This document shows positions 47,650-54,045 of a DNA stretch of 54,045 bases, one piece after another (positions within the stretch are counted from its first letter, which is position 1; the number at the start of each line of letters is the position of its first letter). Where the stretch lies: the NCBI GenBank assembly GCA_029717555.1, contig JAMDHS010000067.1, positions 62,001 through 116,045 on the forward strand, read 5' to 3'. Origin of the DNA: Peribolospora baueri. Lineage: Eukaryota. The notes under the pieces were generated by a model that worked only from the letters and a program-made list of their open reading frames with translations, was not told the DNA's origin and searched no databases. The position numbers and the translations under genes are program-made.

Positions 47650-49151
47650 ATGGTCAAGGACACCAAGTTCTATGACCTCCTAGGCGTCAGCGCCAGCGCT
47701 TCCGAGGCAGAGCTTAAGAAGGTGAGTTGGCGGTTGCAGTAGCATTCGCGCTTTGCCATTGTCGTCGCATAAAGCACGGCTTCATCTCTGACCTTGATTC
47801 CTCCTTTCCTCGCCGCAGGCGTACCGCAAACAAGCACTCAGGCTTCACCCTGACAAGGGTGGCGATCCAGACAAGTTCAAGGAGGTGTCCCGGGCATACG
47901 AGGTCCTTTCCGATGTACAGAAGCGAGAGGCGTGAGTGCCAAATCATTGTGGGCCGTTAGCACGCTCCACTTGCTTTTGGAAGCTTAGCCATCGAGTTCC
48001 GCTCACGCGCGTCCCGTCTATAGGTACGACCGATTTGGCGAGGAGGGGTTGTCCGAAAGCGGCGGCATGGGCGGTATGGATCCCAGCGATCTCTTCTCGC
48101 AGCTCTTCGGTGGTGGCGGCCCCGGCTTCTTCGGTGGCGGAGGACGGCCCCGCGGTCCTCGCAAAGGCAAAGACCTTGTGCACCACGCCAAGGTGTCGCT
48201 CGAGGAGCTGTATGTGGGCAAGATCACCAAATTGGCCTTGCAAAAGCACGTCATTTGCTCCAAGTGCCAGGGCAAGGGAGGCGCCGAGGGAGCGGTCAAG
48301 ACGTGTCCGGGCTGCCAGGGTTCCGGTGTCAAGGTCGTCCTCAGACAACTCGGTCCTATGGTGCAGCAGATTCAGCAAACCTGCCCGGACTGTAGCGGCG
48401 AAGGCGAGATCATCGACCCTAAGCACAGGTGCAAGGCTTGCAACGGTAAGAAGATCATCAGCGAGCGCAAAGTGCTCGAGGTGCGCATCGACAAAGGCAT
48501 GAAGGACGGCCAGCAGATCACGTTCAAGGAGGAGGCCGACCAGGCGCCCGGCATCATCCCCGGCGACGTGGTGATCATCATCGACGAGAAGCCCCACCCG
48601 AGGTTCAAACGGCGCGAGAACGATCTCTACACTGAGGTCGAGATTGACCTGCTCACCGCACTAGGTGGTGGCAAGTTCAGCATCGAGCACCTCGACGAGC
48701 GCGTCCTCGTCGTCGAAATCCAGCCGGGCGAGGTCATCAAGCCAGGTGGGTGTGTCGGTCGTGAAGTCGGCGCATGGAAGGGCCTCTTGCTCACCTTTCG
48801 AATCACTCAATTCTTCCTGTTCCAGACGCCATCAAGGTCCTCCGCGGTCAGGGCATGCCTTCCTACCGACATCACGAGATGGGCGACATGTACGTCCAGA
48901 TCAAAGTCGCCTTCCCAGACGCTATCGACCCATCTAAGATCCCCGCACTCGAGTCCGCCCTTCCTCCTCGCCGCCCTCTGCCGCCGATTCCGAAGAACTA
49001 CCACGAGGAAGAGGTGCAGATGGAGGACGTGGACGAGCGCACGGCCCGGAGCGCTCACGCGACGCAGAACGGCCTTCGGCAGGAAGACGCCATGGATGAA
49101 GACGATGAGGACGGTCACGGACAACCTGGCGTGCAGTGCGCGTCCTCGTAA
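47650..49151 (+). CDS. YDJ1: Type I Hsp40 / DnaJ (Ydj1/Mas5), multi-exon
   Basis: [25 protein letters not shown]-rich region, four CxxCxGxG-type repeats, C-terminal CaaX GVQCASS*. Confidence 0.96.
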
Positions 49152-49514
49152 GGTGTCCTCATTTCTCTGTCGTTTTAGACTACTCCGTCCCTACGTCCGT
49201 TCGTCCTCGTCGTGCTCTCGCTTTCAATGGCTTCCGATGATATCCTCCCACGACGATCCCTCCTCACCCTCCATCACTGAGTATGACTACACTCGTACTG
49301 TTTGCTTTCTTTCATCGTGTCGTCGTCGTCGTCGCCGTCTGGTCTCTTCTCCAGGGCACTGTATTATCATCATCTCCATTGAACATGCGATCGTCAAAGC
49401 TGCAGCGTGATCGAAAGCCGGTCACGTGAACGAGTCAGGGTCCCGTGGACCCAAATAGGTGCCATCTCACGAGTTTGAACCTCGTACATGCATTCATCGA
49501 CAAACTACATAACC

Positions 49515-51287
49515 ATGGACGCCGTCCAGAAAGAACTCGATCGGCTCATATCCCGCGCTCCCGGTAACTCTCTTTCTGGCGCCTCTCGCAAGCAGACCAA
49601 GAAGAAGGGCGGAGCGCCATCCTCGTCCGAGTTGTCCGTGGACGGCTACATCGACAGCGTCATCGCCTCACTGGAACGATGTCAGGCCGGCCTGGACGCA
49701 CTGCCGGCCATGACCGAGGAAGCGGAACGCGCTGTGGTTACAGACCTTTGCATCAGCCAGCTACCGGAGCTGCGAAGCTGTGTCGACGCGGGGAGGAGGG
49801 GCGTGGAGGAAAGGAACAAGGAGTTCTACAACGCCTTGGCCAAGTTCGGCAAGGCATTGGACAAGGTGAGCGTGCACGAGGAAGGACACAATTCCCGTCT
49901 GGCTCTTCTCCTGCCAGATTGGATCCCCTGATATGTGACTCTTCTCACCTTCTTTGCATGTTCATCACCGCAGAAATTCTCGCAATCCCTCTCGACAATG
50001 GCCAATCCGACGCTATTTACCTCTGAGGTAGCGGAACGGGCACTCAACCGGGTTATCACGGACCACCTCGTCAGGAGCGGAGACTTTGAGATAGCCAGGA
50101 TGTTTGCACGCGAGTCTGGCACTCCACTTTCGGAGCAAAGCGTTGCAAATTTTGAGCAGATGTTCGCCATTCTCACCTCCATGCGGAGCGGTGATCTGGG
50201 GCCGTTGCTCAGGTGGGTCGTCGGTCTTTGACATCGTGTGGCACGCGGGCGTACGTTGACACAATTCGATTTCCTTTACGCAGCTGGTCGGCGGCACATC
50301 GTGAATATTTGCGATCTCGGTCCTCTCCTCTTGAATTCTACGCCCATCGCTCGCAGTTCCTCCGCATCCTCCTCGCCGGTTCGCCGTTCGCGACGGCGGT
50401 GTTCGCCTCTGACCCCTCCTCGTCCGCCGATCCGTCCTTTGCAGCCTCAGCAGACAGCCCATCCCTACGAGCTTTGACGTACGCACGTGAACACTTTGGC
50501 CGTTTCCTCGAACAACACATGGCGGAAATACAGCGCCTGCTCGCATCCATCCTTTATCTCGCACCGAATGCCACCATGCCATCTCCTTTCGTAGGATCTT
50601 TCAAGTCGAAGTCTCCACTCACCTCGGCCCTGCTATCCACTCTTTACCAGCCGGGAGCCCCGCCATCCCCATACGCCGCGCTGCTTTCGCCCGAGCTTCA
50701 TTTGCCTACGCTGGAGCCGTTATTCGTGAGCGACTTTTGCGCACGGGTTGGCGCAAGCCAGGAGCCGCCGCTCAAGGTGGGAGTCGAGATTGGAGCGGGA
50801 GGTGCTCTGGCCAAGATTGCAAAGGTGAAGGACGTGATGAGAAGAGGAGGCAACGAGTGGAGTCAAGTGGACGAATTGCCGGTGAGCCGTCGAACGATGA
50901 TGCTCCGAGCCAAGCGAACCCACGGGCGAGCACAGACATTCATTATCTGTGTGCATATTTAACATCATGAACAGGTGGAGATTCCACTGCCGACGCACCT
51001 GCGCTTCCACTCCATCTTCGTCTGTCCGGTCAGCAAGGAGCAGACGACAGAGGAGAACCCACCGATGATGCTGCCATGCGGACACGTAATAGCGAGCGAG
51101 AGTTTGATCAGGCTGAGCAAAGGAGGGTGAGTCGACAGGCACCGGGTTAGGGTCTGCCGCTGTGAGGACTGCCGCTGTGACTGTGCAGCTGACCGTATAC
51201 GTCTTTTCCGTACGGTGCAGCCGAGTCAAGTGTCCATATTGTCCACTCGAATCGAGCCTCAGCCAAGCCACGCGTGTGCTCTTTTGA
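49515..51287 (+). CDS. RMD5: GID/CTLH complex RING subunit Rmd5/Gid2, multi-exon
   Basis: LisH-like [29 protein letters not shown] region, [44 protein letters not shown]...VKCPYCP. Confidence 0.92.
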
Positions 51288-51588
51288 TGTCGTCTTTCCG
51301 GTCATCCTATCCGCGTCTGCCGTGCCATCCATGTCTTCATTCTCCTCTCATATGTGTCATGTCGCATCCTGATTCTGTACGATACAACTTTCCTGTAGCT
51401 CGAGTTGAGATCTTGTCGAAGCGTTCTGTGAAGTTGACGTCGACTGCCGGAAGGCCGTCCCCGGCCGCAGTCGCGCACCCCGCATGCGAACGAAGACCTT
51501 GAGCCCACCGGATCGCACCGACCTTGCCTCAGCTTCCATCTTGCGCCCAGTGTTGCCCTTTATCGTCGACTCTCCCCTCTCACTCGCC

Positions 51589-53209
51589 ATGCCGGACGTC
51601 TATCTCGTCATCGGAGGGTCCGGCTTCCTTGGCTCGACGCTCGTGCGCATGCTCCTCGAACGTGACCCTAGCGCCTCGGTCTCCGTCTTCGACATCGTTC
51701 AGCGTACGCTCCCCGCCAATGTACCGTTTTACGCTGGCGACCTCACCAACCTGAGCGATCTCAACTCGGCGATCCAAAAGTCGGGCACGACGTGCATCTT
51801 TCACACGGCGAGTCCAGTTCACGGGGGACAGAAGGAGGTGTATGAGAAGGTGAACGTCGAAGGCACCAAGACGGTCATCGAGGCCGCCAAGGCAAACGGC
51901 GTCAAGAAGCTCGTTTTCACCAGCTCCGCTGGCGTCGTGTTCGCCGGGAATGACCTGATTTGTGTGGACGAGCGAGTGCCCTATCCGACCGAGTCGTTTG
52001 ATGCGTACAACGATACCAAAGTGGGTGGGGTCTACGTTTGTGCAGGCATACCAGCATGATGATGTGCCCACGCTGACTCTGTGTTCTCGAATTTACCTCA
52101 GGCGCGCGCTGAGCAGATCGTCCTGGCCGCCAACGGCCAAGATGGCCTTCTCACCTGTGCGCTCCGTCCAGCCGGCATCTTTGGGTGAGCGTTTGAACGC
52201 CTGCTGGCCTGATGATCGCTGATTGAACCGAGTCTGACCGTGCGCTTTTTCTTATCTTTGGGGGCCAAAGACCCGGAGATCGTCAGGCCGTTCCCGGAAT
52301 GATGAACGTGCTCGCCTCTGGAAGGACCAACTTCCAGCTGGGCGACAACCAGAACCTGTTTGACTGGACGTACGTCGACAACGTGTGCCACGCTCACATA
52401 CTGGCGGCCGACAAGCTGGACGCGGCTCCGTTGGACGGCTCCCACTTTATCCTCCCGCTTCGCGGAACGGGCACGTCCCTCGACGCTCGCACGGTGCCCA
52501 CGTCGGTCACCCGGTCGTCTCCTCCCGGCGGGCGCGACTTTGCCCGTGAGGTCGTCTCTCCTGGCGATTTTACCTCGGCGCCACCGGCTGGCCTGGACGT
52601 GCGCGAGCAGCGTCGATCCAAGTTCGACCAGTTCGTCCACCTGATCGCAGACCTGGACAGCCTGGACCCCAAGTTTGCCCAACAGTCCGGTCTGGCGCCG
52701 CCGCCGGGCTCGAAGAAGAAGGCAGAGGATTACATCCCTCAGACGATCGGCGTCGCTGGCGAGGCGTTCTTCGTGACCAACGGTCAGCCGATCTACTTCT
52801 GGGACCTGGCTCGGGGTCTGTGGGCGGGGATGGGACACGTGGTTCCGTCGAAGAAGATCTGGACGATCCCCAAGACGATGGCGCTCGTGCTGTCCTCGCT
52901 AGCCGACGGCTACGGCTGGCTGACTGGCAGGGAGGTCAATTTTAGCCGGTTCAGAGTAACGTACACGACGACGTATCGTTTCCACGATATTGAAAAGGCT
53001 CGGCGAGTGCTCGGTTACGAGCCGGTCGTGAGCGTCGACGAGGGCATCCGGAGGTCGGTCGAGGTGAGCGAGCGTGGACAGACAGACGAGTTGGCCGATG
53101 GAGACGATGATGGACGGACAGCTGGCTGACGTCCCTCTCTATGGCTGTCGCCGTCGCCCCTTGTCTTGGGCAGTGGTGGAAGTCTGAGCAGGCGGCCAAG
53201 CAAGGCTGA
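51589..53209 (+). CDS. ERG26: C-3 sterol dehydrogenase (C-4 decarboxylating), multi-exon
   Basis: YLVIGGSGFLG, IFHTASP, YNDTK|A (YxxxK), LRPAGIFG|PGD, NLFDWTYVDNVCHAHILAA, GEAFFVTNGQPIYFWD, IEKARRVLGYEP. Confidence 0.93.
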
Positions 53210-53645
53210 ACGCACGCACGTTGTTGCTTGACTATACCCGGAGGGCAACCTACTTTGCACAAGGATTCGTTAGATCGATTGTTTTTTGTTCGATCGATGC
53301 ACGTTTTCCGTTCGCTCTTTGCTTGGAATATCTTTAATAATACGGTGGCGGAGTGGTCGATCTCGACCACCACTGGCAAGCAAGCGGTCGCCTCCCTCGC
53401 TGCGCAGAGGAGGAAACGTGCAGCGCACGTCGAGCCGTGCGTGGACGAGCGATACGGACAGGCAGCGCTCTATAGCTATTTTGTTTTTTCTTTCTTTTTC
53501 TTCTCCGGCCAGGAAGCCGGCTCTACTCCATTCCTGTCCATTTTCTTGGCCTAGGTAAAGAAATACGAGAAATACGGTGGTGCGGCGCCCCTCGGGTGAC
53601 GAATGGGAAGGGATGGGATAACGTCCGTGTTTATGCTCGCCGACT

Positions 53646-53686
53646 CTCCTTTCCTTTCCTTTCCTTTCCTTTCCTTTCCTTTCCTC
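53646..53686. repeat. (TTTCC)n microsatellite
   Basis: About 8 pentamer copies. Confidence 0.85.
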
Positions 53687-54012
53687 GGTTGGGCGTCGGT
53701 GGGTTTGGGGTTCGTTGAAGAAGTGGGGTGGGACTGACTGCGGCGTCGCGGTTTCGTCTCTGGGATGGGATAGAGACGGGAAAGGGAGGCGGTGCGCTGG
53801 CGGATCACGTGAGGAGGGCGGGCGAGTTAGGGTTGATTGCGGGGCTGGTTTTTTTTTTTTTTTTTTTTCGTTTTCTTGTCTTGCCTTGTCTTGCGCCCGG
53901 CCCGGTCTACTTGGCGGCGGGCTCGGCTTGCGTGTTCGATCGGAGGAGATGAGAAATAGAAGGGAGAGGGGAAGAGAGAAAGAAAGAAGAGGGCGGTCTG
54001 GATGGATGGATG

Positions 54013-54045
<33 letters not shown>
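54013..54045 (+). repeat. Terminal poly(A) run, probable contig break
   Basis: About 33 A at the window end, preceded by (GGAT)n and a purine tract. Confidence 0.8.

Noticed and set aside
47944..48597. Long antisense ORFs over YDJ1 (and similarly over ADH, eRF1, ERG26, APL1)
   Set aside because: Expected shadows of GC3-rich codon usage; no independent motifs.
52420..52750. About 100-aa insertion in ERG26
   Set aside because: To my knowledge a similar insert (…RSKFDQ…) is common in basidiomycete Erg26, so probably not novel; not checked by alignment.
54013..54045. Poly(A) tail of a retroposed element or a telomere
   Set aside because: No retroelement sequence upstream and no TTAGGG repeats; long homopolymers occur elsewhere in the window, so this is most likely an assembly break.

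Overview
A GC-rich, intron-rich fungal window, most likely basidiomycete (inferred from GTGAGT/GTxCGT...YAG introns of about 60-170 nt and from the gene families). The ORF track breaks most genes into exon pieces, so I rebuilt gene models by hand from splice signals; exon edges are manual and approximate. About 17 apparently intact genes: KASH/Kms1-like protein, coilin-like protein, GRDP/DUF1399 protein, NAT9-like GNAT, SAP-ERI1 exonuclease, DUF4211 protein, AP-2 beta adaptin, a small RLRGG/Cys-rich/CaaX protein, OTU2, SEC16, VFA1, a PIN3/LSB1-like SH3 protein, GYP7, a Zn-dependent dehydrogenase, eRF1 (SUP45), POP7/RPP20, YDJ1, RMD5 and ERG26. Decayed material: a GABA-transaminase pseudogene fused to an orphan 3'-LSU rDNA/spacer fragment at the left end, and a FAD-monooxygenase pseudogene whose 5' part is inverted and abuts a Helitron/PIF1 remnant bordered or interrupted by a TTA-flanked MITE. 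The two strongest leads are (1) a readthrough plus 3'UTR-intron (RT-NMD) layout downstream of the eRF1 stop codon, suggesting autoregulation, and (2) a small protein with a ubiquitin-tail RLRGG motif followed by a Cys-rich, CaaX-ending peptide, encoded next to a deubiquitinase gene. All family assignments are from motif recognition; no searches were run.
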